Of a stretch of 64,000 nucleotides of DNA, positions 48,662 to 61,620 are shown one piece after another. The DNA lies in assembly GCF_009914755.1 (NCBI RefSeq), contig NC_060936.1; one strand, written 5' to 3'. The notes beneath the pieces are model-generated. The model did not search any database. It was not told where the DNA came from and was given only the letters and a program-made list of their open reading frames with translations. Each line of letters begins with the position of its first letter. Positions within the stretch are counted from its first letter, which is position 1. Both the position numbers and the translations under genes were made by a program. The stretch comes from the human T2T-CHM13v2.0 reference genome, Homo sapiens.

Positions 48662-49725
48662 CTGACAATGATGGAGGAATGGGTCTCCATGTGGGAAATC
48701 GAGATGTCATATCGAGGAGAAGGAAAACTGGGCAAAAATAGATGTTCTATGTAGCAGATGCCACATCATATCTTTATCTTTCTGAGGGCCTAATGCACTG
48801 TCTTGCATACATGCACATAGTAGGGTCTCAATAAGAAGCACTGAAGTTTAAAAATTGCCAGGGGCCTGCAGGAGTGCCCCTTATTTTTTTTTCTCTCTGT
48901 ACATGGATGTCATTAACCCAAGTGTTCAAATCCAAGTGTTGATAGCAACTACCATCTTGGCTTCCTTATTTATTCCTACAGTGCTATTGCAAATTCTTGC
49001 CTGCTGTGAGACTATAGGTGTTCTTTCAAGTATGTTATTATCACCAACACCTGCTTGTTGTGCAATATGTAATAACACCATCACAATGGAAATCATGGAG
49101 TGTACTAGATGCTCACAGCAGCCCATCCAAATAAACAGTTAAAGATGAAAACATATTTTTACACAAATATATTTAAAACCAAATCACAGTCATCTTTTAA
49201 CAAGGACAGGGCAAACATTTGCATGGATCTAATTAATTGCTGGGCTGACTTAACTACATATATGTAAAATATCATAAAGGAAAATAATATTCCTGCTCTA
49301 GGCAATGCTTTTTTTTTCTTTTTGGAACATAACTTCATCTTGTGGTATATTTTTCTAGTAATAATAAGCCGAATTTCAAGGAGATGAAAGCAGCAAGAAT
49401 GACAAGATTGGCTTCAAGAACTTTATTCTTACAGATTTTCATCATTTCTGCCATGGCATTTCTTTCGTTAACCTCAAAAGATCATGCATGATCCAGTTTG
49501 GGGGTGGATAGTTTTGCTCCATTGCATTTCCTACATAATTAGCCATTTGTGTAATGAATTTCTCTTCCCATCCTCCTACCCAGTATGATTTCATGTCTTC
49601 TTTAAGCACCAACCTTAGCAAAGCTTACTGAGTGCAGGTGGAAGGAATGCCCTTTTCTGGCACTTACTTAATTAGAGCGTGTGAGGTCTTAGACACTGGA
49701 TTCTGCCTTTTGGGAATAAAAAGCA

Positions 49726-50038
49726 GGCTGGTCCTGGTGGCTCATGCCTGTAATCCCAGCACCTTTGAGGCTAAGAAAGAGTATCATTTGAGCCCAGGAG
49801 TTCAAGACTAGCCTGGGCAACATGACAAAACCCGGTCTCTACAAAAAATAAAATTATCTGGGCATGGTGGCACATCCCTGTGGTCTCAGATACCCAGGAT
49901 TCTGAGGTGGGAGGATTGTTTGAGCCCGGGAGGCTGCAGTGAGCCATGACTGTGCCACTGCACTCCAGTCTGGGCAACAGAGTGAGACCCTGTCTCAAAA
50001 AAGCAAAACAAACAAACAAAAAACCTCAAAAAACAAAT
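49726..50038 (+). mobile_element. AluJ
   Basis: gaggattgtttgagcccgggaggctgcagtgagccatgactgtgcc; A/C-rich tail. Confidence 0.9.
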
Positions 50039-50589
50039 AAGCATATGCACAAATAAAGCCCAAACAAAAACTCTGGTAATGTTCTAAGGGCTAAAAGAAG
50101 TTCCTCTGAATTTCCTACCCTCTCTCCCTAGACATCTCTCCTTCAAAAACTATATCACTTTTTGTCTCCTTAAGTACTTTTCCTGAACAAACATCATTCA
50201 TATCAGTCAGTCTGGTTCCCTGAAAAAAAAAAAAAGAAAAGGGTGGGGAGCATTTTCTAGTTGCCTTCAGGGTCTGATTGTGGGAAAATCCCTGCTCCAG
50301 CCTTTCCTCCCTGAGTGCTTGCAAAGCACAGCACAAATGAAGCAAAGGTGCTGACACTTGCAACTTGGAAGGAGTGAGGGGCAGAGAAAGAAGGAATGGT
50401 TTCTCACATGCTCTTTTCAGAATGTGGCAGTTCTATGATTCATCTTATCATGAAGAGGTAACAATACTCACTAGAGAGAAGTGAGTCCATTTAGACCATG
50501 TCTGAGAAATTAATCTCAACACACTTATTCATTCATTAATTTATTCATTCATTCTTTTATAAAGCAGCGCCAGCTAAACTATGATCATG

Positions 50590-50725
50590 GGCAATAGAGG
50601 TAACTTCCCCACACCTCAGTAAAAGGGGGATGATGATGTTATCTATTCCACAGGGTTGCCGTGAAGTATGAGCAATCAATCACTGTAAAGTAGTCGGCAC
50701 AAAGATTGGCATCCAGGACAGCTTA
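50590..50725 (+). mobile_element. MIR fragment
   Basis: cctcagtaaaagggggatgatgatg...cacagggttgccgtgaag. Confidence 0.6.
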
Positions 50726-50899
50726 GAGCCTCTTGTCAGGCATACTTTTGTTACTGGAGAAACGGACTCTTCCTTTTGACTTCCAAGTCATTCAGAACCA
50801 AGTCACTCCTGGGAATCCTGTTTATTCTGGAATAGAAAGAAAAAGATACTTCAAAAAACAAAGGAGGTAGAGATTTTTGTTGTATATTCTCTTTACCCT

Positions 50900-51257
50900 C
50901 CCAATGAGATAGCCAGTAGCTACATGTGGCTATTTACATTTAAATTTAAATAAGTTAAAACTAACTAAAATAAAAAACTTAATTCCAGCTGGGAACTGTG
51001 GCTCACTCCAGTAAGCCTAATGCTTTGGAAGGCCAAGGCAGGAGGATCGCTTGAGGCCCGGTGTTTGAGACTAGCCTGGACAACATAGTGAGACTCAATC
51101 TCACAACAAAAATTCTTAAATACACAAAATTTAATTCCTCACTCACACTAGCCACATGTCAGGTGCTCAATAGCCACTTGCACCTTAGTGACTACAGATG
51201 TAGTAAAGACATAGACATTTCCAACATCATAGAAAGCTATTGAACAATGTTATTTAG
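50900..51257. mobile_element. MER3/MER33-like MITE split by an Alu monomer
   Basis: tagccagtagctacatgtggctattta ... cacactagccacatgtcaggtgctcaatagccac. Confidence 0.8.
50987..51125 (+). mobile_element. FLAM-like free left Alu monomer
   Basis: Single Alu arm; TSD aaaacttaattcc (50974-50986) / aaaatttaattcc (51126-51138). Confidence 0.85.
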
Positions 51258-52277
51258 GCTGCATTCTCCATATTAGACTACGTATACCGCTCTTGCTTAA
51301 ATTTATCCCATTTAATACTCATTAATTTCCTATACGTATATGCAGAAAGCACTACGTTATATTCAGTGGGATTACAAATATGAATATCCCTGCCTTTAAG
51401 AGAGCTCAGGCTTACCACCATCTATGAGGAGAGGTAAGACATGCTCATAACTGACAATACACATAGTGGGCGATGGCTCAATATTCATTAGTACATGCAG
51501 TACATAGGGCTAATAGTGATGGATCTCTACAAGACTGATGGGTCTCTCCAAGAAAGAAACTTCTGTAGAAACAAAAATTGTACCAGTTTCTCAATTCTAG
51601 GATGGAAGCAGAAATTAGCCTATGTGGCAGTGGAGTGGGTGAGGGCTTCCTGCATTCTGAAAAGGATCACTGCAGGAAGCTTTACAATCATACGGCTCTA
51701 GGGCAAGTATCTACCCATTCTTCATAGGGACGTTCCGAATGGGAAAACTAAAACAAATACGAATGCTTAAGTGTATCACTACCAACATTATTAAAATGTC
51801 AACTGACTTTTAATCTCCCTTCAGGGGAAGCTGGATACTTGTCAAAAGATTAGAGATCTAGACTTATGGAGAAAGACATCAAAAGAGCATTCTTGATATA
51901 TGAGATGCATAGACTGTACTACCTAGTGGCATCTGGAAGGAGCTGAAGGGAGGAGCAGCCAATGAGTTACCAGGAGGTGTATGGCTGGTGAGAGAAGTGA
52001 TGCCTACTTATCTACATTTTGTACCTCCTCCCTATTGTGATTTCATGTTATCTTTTAGCATTAGTAAAGGTTGCCAACATGATCACCTAGTGTGTGCTGT
52101 GCTTTGGAGAAGAAGGTGAGATATACATGCCATGTCTTCGCTTTGGGGTTACAGAGAGCTGAGAGACCCATAACAGTCTGAGATCCAGTGACGAGTCAGC
52201 ATGCAGTGACTGGGAGAACATACTTAAGTAGCACCGGAGTTCAGCTAACATATTTATATTTTTAATTTTATATCCCT

Positions 52278-52447
52278 GGAATGGTGGAACTACAAGCTAG
52301 GAGAACCTGAGTCCTGATAACATTGCTGAGCAGAGCTTCCTCCTCAGTTTAGATTTATATGTGAAAAGAGACACAAATTCCCTTCTTCTGCAAGCTATGT
52401 TACTTGGGGTGTCTGCTCCACTCGGCCTAAATAATCACATAATAAAC
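52278..52447 (+). mobile_element. MLT1J-like LTR 3' portion
   Basis: gaatggtggaactacaagctaggagaacctgagtcctga...aagctatgttacttggggtgtctg. Confidence 0.5.
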
Positions 52448-53799
52448 TCTGTCACTGGAAAATAAACTGGAACATATTAAAGACTGAGCGTTATTATTGT
52501 TTAAAAACACTAAGTGGAATTCATTTTAATCAGCATATATACTTGTCAAATTGTACAGAAAAAGCAATAGTGAAATTAATTTTTTATTGAAAATATATAT
52601 AGCTATTTAAAATTCCTTCAAGTCTTAATCTAGTAAAACTCCTCACGTCCACGGGAATAGCTAAATGGTGCACTTTGCTTTAAAGTCTGCCAAATTGAAT
52701 ATATCTAAATTTATTTCACAGAAAAATCACTCCCTTGCCATTTCAAGATCTAAATCAGGCAATACTAAAGAAGGGTCTTTTCTTATCCATGTTACCCAGA
52801 TGTCAGCTTGGGTCACCTTGCCCTTAAGAAATCTATTGCCTTCCTAAGATTTCTTCAAACTCTGAGGTGTTTGTTTTTCTTAGCTACATCTGGCTCTGGT
52901 TTCTGGCATCTGCTGATATTGTCCAATGTGCATCTTGCAGCTGGGTAGTTATCTCATTCCCACATAAACCCTTCTTGATTTTCTCCCTCCAAAATACTAC
53001 TGGCATGCAACATCTGCGTATGCTGACTAGAGATTCGGTGGAAATGGTAAAAAGGAATGGACCAATTTAGCAGTTAATTTCAACATGTATATTAGACTTC
53101 CCTGTTCATCAAAAGCCTCTGGGCCATGTCCTCCAACTGGGATTCTAGCCACCTACCACTTTATCAGGCTTTTACTTTCTTCTCTCCTTTGTTTTCCACA
53201 ATGACTTACAGTTGACTTCTTGGACAGAGTAGTTTAGCTCTCTCCTTGGTGGGAGTATCTAATCCATGTCCTCAGGGTCACACTTTCCTTCTCTAAACAT
53301 TTTATCACAATATTTTCCTAAAAATGACCATTCTTTGTCTAAAATGAACTCTGGTGCCTACTGGCTACATTTGGACCCATTAGCTATTCTCATGGGGGAA
53401 ATGAAATCCAATCTATCTTATTTTGTGGTTAAGCAGTTACTTTTTTGGTTTATGACTTCATAGCTTAAAGTAAAAAAAAAAAAGTAATGATGTCCTAGCC
53501 TTTAAAAATTTTAGAATAGAATCCAATTTAGTATATTCAAATCTCATACTGCTATTGCACTGTCTCAGTATTTTTGCTTTTCCTCCAAGTATGATCAAGC
53601 CTGTCCTGTATCCTTCTGCTGCCAGTGCTCTCAGAAGGATCAGTTCCATGAGGGTGATAGAAGGTCTTCAAGATCTTGATGTTGTAACTCCAGTCTTAGG
53701 CTTCTTGCATGTCTCATGTCTCTGGGGATAGCTTTTTGTACCTCATCTGGTTACCAATTTCTAGCTCTCTTTTTCCATTTCCTTGTGTCCACTCCACTT

Positions 53800-53965
53800 A
53801 CCTTCTTATTAAGCACGGACTTCAAACACTTACTTGGATGCACTTATTACCACCATAGCATTCCCTGCTTCTTTAAGCACTGGGAGAATATATTCTGTCT
53901 ATTGCATCTATGTTTCTTAACAGCCTCCAGTACAGAATATTACTCAATAAATATTTGTTGTATTA
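53800..53965 (+). mobile_element. L2 3' end
   Basis: cagcctccagtacagaatattactcaataaatatttgttg. Confidence 0.55.
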
Positions 53966-54093
53966 AAAAATGTAAGACGTGCTTCTTCCAGTTGTTAAAA
54001 GATATTTAAAATACCTGTTTTTTAACTTGTGAAAGAGTCCAATTTGTTTTACTCTAGCAGATTCAAAGCCAGACGCAGAGAGCTTTTGGCTAC

Positions 54094-54170
54094 TGTGTTA
54101 GTCACAGTTCTCCATAGAGGCAGGACCAATAAGACAGATGGATAGCTAGATACATAGATAGATAGATAGG

Positions 54171-54211
<41 letters not shown>

Positions 54212-54715
54212 GATAGAAGATTTGTTAGGGAAATTGGCTCACATGATTATGGAGGCTGAGAAGTCCCATATAACTTTCTGCAAGCTGGAGAACCGGAGAA
54301 GCCAGTAGTGTGGCTCAGTCCAAGTTGTAAAGCCGGAGACCAGGGAAGCCAATGGTATAACTCTCAGTTTGAGGTCAAATGCCCAAGAGCCATGTGAAGC
54401 TGTTGGTACAAATCTCAGAGTCCAAAGGCTGAAGAGCCTGGAGTTCCAATATCCAAGGGTAGGAGAAAAAGCGTGTCCTACTCCAAAAGAGAGAGTAAGA
54501 AAGAGAGAAAGGGAGAATTTGCCCTTCCATCTAGGACCCCAGAGGATTGGACAGTGCCGCCCACATCGAGGGCGGGTCTTCCACACTCAGTCCATGGACT
54601 CACATGCCTATCTCCTCCAAAATCACCCTCACAGACACATCCAGAAACAATGATTCACTAGCTATCTATGCATCCTTCAATTCAATCAAGTTGACACCTA
54701 AAATTAACTGTCACA
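54094..54715 (-). mobile_element. MLT2B-type (ERV-L) solo LTR
   Basis: aattggctcacatgattatggaggctgagaagtccc...caccctcacagacacatccagaaac...caatcaagttgacacctaaaattaac. Confidence 0.92.
54155..54216. repeat. Tetranucleotide STR (TAGA)3 TAGG (TAGA)10 TGA TAG
   Basis: Counted directly. Confidence 0.95.
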
Positions 54716-55604
54716 GTTATAGAATCCTATTCAATTTAATACCCAATTTTCTTTTTTAGTCAGATTTAGTTGTTTATACAAATAGCTCATGTTTTCATTA
54801 GCACTTGCAAGATTGATTATATTTTTCTTCACTTTTTCACTTTACCCTCTGGGGAAAAAGTCAGATTTAGAATGCTATGCTAAGATCAGTCTTTGAACAT
54901 GTTAAAAGGACAGTTCCTGTTGATCAGTTTCCTTTCTTTACCCCTTTCACACCTCAGGGGCCTATGTAAAACTCAGTTGACTTCTATGTTCCTTGGTTTC
55001 TAATATTTTCGTTTTAGGATTTTAAATAACAAATAGTTTTAGAGGGCATATTTTATTTCCAATGTTCTGGTATATCCAGGGACTTTTAAGTGTCTTTAGT
55101 AAGATTTTATAAATAGGTTATAAAAATTAAGTACTTAATCAGTAATAAGTGTTTTTCACTTATTTTCTTTTCAGGATAAGTATTAAAAGAAAAGATATTT
55201 TATTTTGTCAACTCCTTTACCAACTCTGTAAGCCCGCAATCTAATCAGGAATAGCACAGTGGGTAAGCAAGAGCTATATATATAAAGGTAGAGTGGTTAT
55301 CATTCAATATGTGTCATGAATATACTCTTGTTTTGTAATCTCACTTTTCATAACCTCACTTTTGAGGCAGGAAATAGCATAGCTCCACTGTATACTGTAG
55401 GATTTATAGAGGCCTTCCCAGGAAAGTTTTTGAGTATCAGACTCTTGGCAATAGCTTTGGTTACTTCATTCTTCTTCCTAAAATCAGTCTTTTCTGAGGC
55501 ATTTAGCTGGCACCAGATTCAATTTCTTCAGAATTTCTATAGTTATTTTAGCCTACCACATAATTTAAACCTCAATTATATGCTTTTTATGTTAATATTG
55601 TTAT

Positions 55605-55840
55605 AATTGTGTAGTACTGGGAGTTTTCATGACATTGGAAGGAGAACAGAAAAGCTTTAGTTTGAATGCTGACTTACTATTTACTACCCATTTGGCTTTA
55701 CCCAAATCACATCCTGTCTGAACCTCTTTCTCATGTGAAAAAAATGGGAATAATAACTTACTTTGCTGAGTTTTTGGAATAACTTTATGTAAAGTACCTT
55801 TCGAGAAGTATTTCCTGAATAAATATTAGCTATTATTATA
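55605..55840 (+). mobile_element. MIR SINE
   Basis: tctgaacctctttctcatgtgaaaaaaatgggaataataac...aataaatattagctattatta. Confidence 0.65.
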
Positions 55841-55915
55841 AGTTGCTATATTTTATTTTTATCTCATCCAATGCAAATGTAAATTGTACATTCAGCAAGT
55901 ATATACCAAAAATGG

Positions 55916-56738
55916 TGAAGGTTCTGAGATTTCACCCTACTTACAAGCTAACAAATTTATTCTGTCACAGTTTCATGGATGATAGTAGAAAACATGAGAC
56001 TTGGCTGGGTATGGTGGCTCACGCCTGCAATCCCAGCACTTTGAGAGGCCGAGGTGGGCAGATCATGAGGTCAGGAGATCGAGACCATCCAGGCTAACAC
56101 AGTGAAACCCCATCTCTACTAAAAATACAAAAAATTAGCCAGGCATGGTGGCGGGTGCCTGTAGTCTCAGCTACTCGGGAGGCTGAGGCAGGAGAATGGC
56201 ATGAACCCAGGAGGCGAAGCTTGCAGTGAGCCGAGGTTGTGCCACTGGATTCCAGCCTGGGCGACAGCGCGAGACTGTCTCAAAAAAAAAAAAAAGAAAA
56301 AAAAAGAAAAGATGACACTTCTGGGGTCAGAGACAAAAGACAATTTATTGCTGACAGCAGTAACAGCAGACAGAATCTTAGCATTTTGCAGCAGCTCTTC
56401 AAGCCCCAATTTTCTTAGTGAAGAGGGTCAGAAGATGACTATAAATACAGTGAGTTTTTTGCAGGACAGGAGCCTTGGGAACGTAGGGAGCTTAGGGAAC
56501 ACAAATTGTTTTAAAAAGAAGTAAGTATGCCTGCCATTGCTCCAGAGAGATATACTATCTCGATCTTCCAAGGCTGTAAGACAATCTGCCCTTTGTTCTG
56601 AGGGACAGTATTTCTGTCTTTCAAGATTGTTTGCTTAAAAAGGTCCTTGAAAAGGCAGTTAGAAACAAAAGGCAATTAGTGTCTTGTTCACAAGATGTAC
56701 AGACGTGTGAGAGACCTGTGGGAAATTGGCTTCCAACA
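55916..56738 (-). mobile_element. ERV1 solo LTR (MER90/MER110-like) split by an AluY
   Basis: End caagatgtacagacgtgtgagagacctgtgggaaattggcttccaaca; internal ttgctccagagagatatactatctcgatcttccaaggctg. Confidence 0.7.
56003..56305 (+). mobile_element. AluY
   Basis: gagatcgagaccatccaggctaacac, gagaatggcatgaaccc and agcttgcagtgagc are AluY-type; TSD gaaaacatgagactt / gaaaagatgacactt. Confidence 0.93.
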
Positions 56739-56805
56739 GCATACTTTATAGGATAAAATCAAAAAACAAGTGAAGGTTTAGTGAGTTTCAGCTATGATAA
56801 AAATA

Positions 56806-56878
56806 TTAGGTTGGTGAAAAGGTAATTGCAGTTTTTGCCATTAAAGTTAATGGCAAAATTACTTTTGTACCAACCTAA
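56806..56878. mobile_element. MADE1 (Hsmar1-derived) palindromic MITE
   Basis: ttaggttggtgaaaaggtaattg...ttttgccattaaagttaatggcaaaa...ttacttttgtaccaacctaa, flanked by TA on both sides. Confidence 0.92.
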
Positions 56879-58534
56879 TAACTGGGATTAAACTTATTAC
56901 TCCATAGTAAATAATAGAAAACTGAAAAGATACATAGGGCAGTGGTTTTTAGGCAGTGGTCAACAGACATCAGAGGACTGATTCCTGAGAGAAGGCAAAT
57001 GAATGATGTGAGTTCTACGACAGTCTTTGTTCTCTGCTTAGAGACTTTTATACAGCTCAGTGTAGGGGGGATATACCAAATAAAGCATGGCAGACTGGCT
57101 GAATCAAGAAGACAGAGAAAAGAGTTCAGGGAGGCTGAGGTGCCAGACATGTTTAGGGAAGAATACTCAGAAAGTGGGAAATGCATAAAGAGCTCTAAAA
57201 ATACGCATTAGGGGTTCCATTTAAATGACTGTTGACTATTATGCTGCCTCATGAGGATAGAACCCTATGAGGCTAGACCAAAAAAAGTGTTGTGAATTTG
57301 TAAGATAAATAGTTCCTAGATTTTACACAGGTCTGGGAAATATTTAAGTTCTAACCACCTAGAATAGAGAGTCCTTGTTCAACAGCTGAGCCATTAATAA
57401 AGACTCCAGAAAAGTCATGCCTCGATAGTGGTGCTAAACAGTCTTTAGAGTAAAATTACTCTAAACCTTCTCTTAAAAAGCTTGAAAACAAGGCTTAAAA
57501 GGATAAAACTGATCACAAGTAATTTAACTAATTGCCAGAACAAAAGCCAATACCATTTGAAGAAATACAATAAAATACAGCACTTGAAAGCATGAAAATG
57601 ACAATCTAGTAAAAATTTATTATACATACAAAGAGGCAGGAAAATGTGACACATTAACAGAAGAAAAATAGAAACAATATAATATATAACTGGTCAACAG
57701 AAACATACCTAGAAATGACAGATATGATCTTAGCAGGAAAAAACTTTAAATAATCTAGGTAGTTTTTAATGTTCAAGAATTTAAAAGAAAGCATGAAATA
57801 ATGAATAGAAATGTGGAAAATATTTTTAAAAGATTCAAATGGACTTCTGGAGATGAAAAAATATAATATCTCAAGTTAAAAATACTTTAAGAAATAGAAG
57901 CAGGTTAGAAATTATGTTAGAGGCAATCCATGAACTTAAAATATAGTGATAGAAACTAGCAGATGAAACAAAAAGAAAAAAAAGTGGTAAAACTTTTGAT
58001 AGAACCTCTGTAATTAAGTGGGAGACAATACATGAAATTAGAAACCAAAATGGAGGAGAGAGAAAAAGTATTTCAAGAAACAATAGCTGAAAATTTCCCA
58101 AATTTGATAAAAATTATAAACTCACAGATCTAAGATTTTCAACAAAAAATGTTTGAAAACTGCCAATAAAGAAAAAAAATTTAAGTAAAAAACAGAGTAA
58201 AAGACACATTATATAGAGAGGACAAAAATAAGAATTACAGCACATTTCTTGTCTGAAACTATGCAAGGCAGAAGACAATAAAATTACATCTTTAAAATTA
58301 TATTAAAAAATTAAGTTAACCTAGAATTCCACATCCAATAACAATATAGTTTAAAAATTAGAGGTAAGTTTTCAGACTAAAAAAAAGTTCAGATTTTTAA
58401 GTCCCCAGTAGACCTACACTATAAGAAATATTAAATAAAATACAGTAGACTCTCTATAGCTGTGGGTTCTGCATTCATGGATTCAACAAATTGTGGATAA
58501 TTTTTTTTAAAGATTGTTGCATCTGTATTGATCA

Positions 58535-59539
58535 TAATATAGGAGTTACTAAGAAATTATTTCAGGCAGATAGTAAGGGTCAGGAGTCCTCGGTAGGTGT
58601 AACTAACGGGTATCAAGCTCTATTGTCAGTTATGGTCTATAGAACCCCCACAAATGGTGGTAATCTTAACACTTACATTCTAACACTATATTTTAAACTT
58701 GTAAAATTTATCTCTTTCCATCTAGAAGCAGTCAAACTCCAAACAGTGCTGTGAGCAGAGCCCACATGGACATGCCATTCTTCCAAGAACCCTTAGATCA
58801 ACCTCAGAAGAAGGCTCAACTGCTGTTCCCCCGCACAATGAATGCCCCTTTTCAGCAGGAAGTAGCCAGAAAGAATCGTCGTCCAACACCCCAACAGCAG
58901 TTAGGTTTACTTCTCTTCAGGGAGGAATAATGTAGGAGTTATTAAGAAATTATTTTAGGCAGGTAGTAAAGGTAAGGAGTCCTTGGTAAGTCTTCTTATT
59001 TAAAAAAAAAAAAAACAGCTCCCAAAACATTTCTTTTCTGACAGAAAGGCCGCCAGGCCAGCAACCATTGATATGCAAATGCAGGCTATTAGAAAGTACG
59101 CCCAACGTGGCAGTTCCCACCCTCTTCTCCTTGTCACCACATATGCCAGGTGTCATGGCCGCCTTCAGATAACACCACATGTGCAGGACATCCTTGGCGA
59201 CCTGTATTTGCATATTAAAAGACTTGAGTGGGAGCGCCAGTTTTTTCAAGGACTACGTGAATGACACACCTGGTCAAACCAATCCCATGGGCCCTATGCA
59301 CATCAGACACCGCCTCCTCCAGCCTCCCAATACAGCCAACTGCTTTCCGCAGCATGCAGGGTTTCTCCATTCAGAGACTCCCTCCCTGTGTACAGGAGAG
59401 ACGTTTTCTTCTTTCTTTCTTCTTTCTTGCCTATTAAACTTTTCGCTCCTTAAAACCGCTCCATGTGTGTCCGTGAAGTTAATCGTATCGGCGTGAGACC
59501 AAGGCCCCTGGTGTTTCTCCAGTCATCAGAACCACATCA
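58535..59539 (+). mobile_element. LTR9-family ERV1 provirus remnant: 62-bp 5' LTR stub, env-end/3' UTR, PPT and full 3' LTR
   Basis: 58535-58596 repeats the start of the LTR at 58928-59539; cagcaggaagtagccaga ERV1 3'-end motif; PPT agggaggaa at 58919-58927. Confidence 0.85.
59066..59080 (+). promoter_or_regulatory. SOX-OCT-like composite motif CATTGATATGCAAAT in the LTR9
   Basis: Perfect octamer ATGCAAAT directly preceded by a SOX-like CATTGAT; second octamer ATTTGCAT at 59206-59213. Motif match only. Confidence 0.55.
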
Positions 59540-59987
59540 TTTATATGCAGACTTTTCTTGTCATTATTGTCTAAGTAATACAGCGTAACAGCTATTTATA
59601 TAGTATTTACATTGTATTAGGCATTACAAGTAATCTAGAAATGTTTCATAATGTATGGGAAGATATGTGTAGATTATAAGCAAATGCTAAACTGTTTTAT
59701 AAAGGAACTTGAGCATCCATGAATTTTGGTATTCTCAGAGGGTCCTGGAGCCAGTCCCCCACAGATACCAAAGGATGGCTGTACTTTAAACAAATGTATA
59801 ATGATACTAACTGGATTTTATATTTACACACACACAAAAGCGGTGAAAACATTAAGTAATGAGTAAATGTAAAAATATAGCTTTGTCTCTTTTTAAATTT
59901 TTTCTTTAAAATGAGGTTTACAGCTTAAAGCAAAAATATGAATAATAAAATGTGGTGTTCATAGGAAACAGTAACTTATATGCCTCA

Positions 59988-60296
<309 letters not shown>

Positions 60297-61093
60297 GGAG
60301 CACAAAGCGTGAAAAGGAAGTAAATATAAATATTGTAAGGTTGTTATATTACAGATAAAGTGACATAACATTAGTTCACGGCATAGTGAGATATTTTAAC
60401 ATGATTTTTATAAACCCTGGAGCAATCAACAAAAATTAAAACAAAGATAAATAGATAATAACCCAAGAATGGACATAAAATGAAATAGTAATAATTCATC
60501 AATAAATCCAAAAGACAAAAGGAAAAGAGGGGAAAAGAAACAAAGAACAGACGAAGACAAGTAGATTCCAAGGTCAGGCATTGTAAGACTGAATAAAAAA
60601 GCAAGACCCTTATGTTGGAAATAAGAAATTTACTTTAGATATAAAGATGAAAGCAACTTAAAAGGGAAGTGGAAAAATGCATAATATGAAACACTATAAG
60701 AAAGCTGGAATGATCTCATTAACATCAGAAAAGTTACTGTTCAGAACAAGGAATATTAGCAGGAATGTTATCAGAATATTACATTTTGCCATGATAAAGA
60801 TTTCAATTCAGAAGACACAATAGGGTTAACTATGCATACACTCAATTATAAAGCTTTCATATAGAAGCAAAAATTGACAGAACTGAAAAGGGAAACAGAC
60901 ACATTTATAATTATCCATAGTTAAGTTGGAGACTTAAACATTCTCCTCTTAGGAACCAGTAGAACAAGCAGGCAGAAAATCAGAAAAATGTAGAAGCATT
61001 GAATAACATTATTAACCATATTTACTCAATTGATATTTCTAAAACATTGCATGAAACAACTGCCAAATATACATCCTTTTAAAGTGCATATGA

Positions 61094-61466
<373 letters not shown>

Positions 61467-61620
61467 TTAGACATAAACAACAGAACAATACCCAGAATAA
61501 CCTCAGCATTTTGAATTTTAAGCACTTCTCTAGTAAGTACCCATGGTTAAAAAAGGGAAAAAAAAAAAACAAAAAACAGCACAGGAAAATTAGAAAATGT
61601 TTTGAACTGAATGAAAATGA

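Larger units (their letters stand above)
42014..48752 (-). mobile_element. MLT1K-like MaLR LTR in three pieces (42014-42375, 47985-48071, 48667-48752)
   Basis: ggctcacataactgagaagt...caagatggcca...agctccagg...ggtcatgtgtccacacttagc, resuming caatca...ttggccagcc and ending gggcaaaaatagatgttc. Confidence 0.65.
58443..59781 (+). mobile_element. MER2 (Tigger) MITE split by an ERV insertion
   Basis: TIRs cagtagactctctatagctgtggg / cccacagataccaaaggatggctg; TA flanks; halves 58443-58534 and 59540-59781. Confidence 0.88.
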
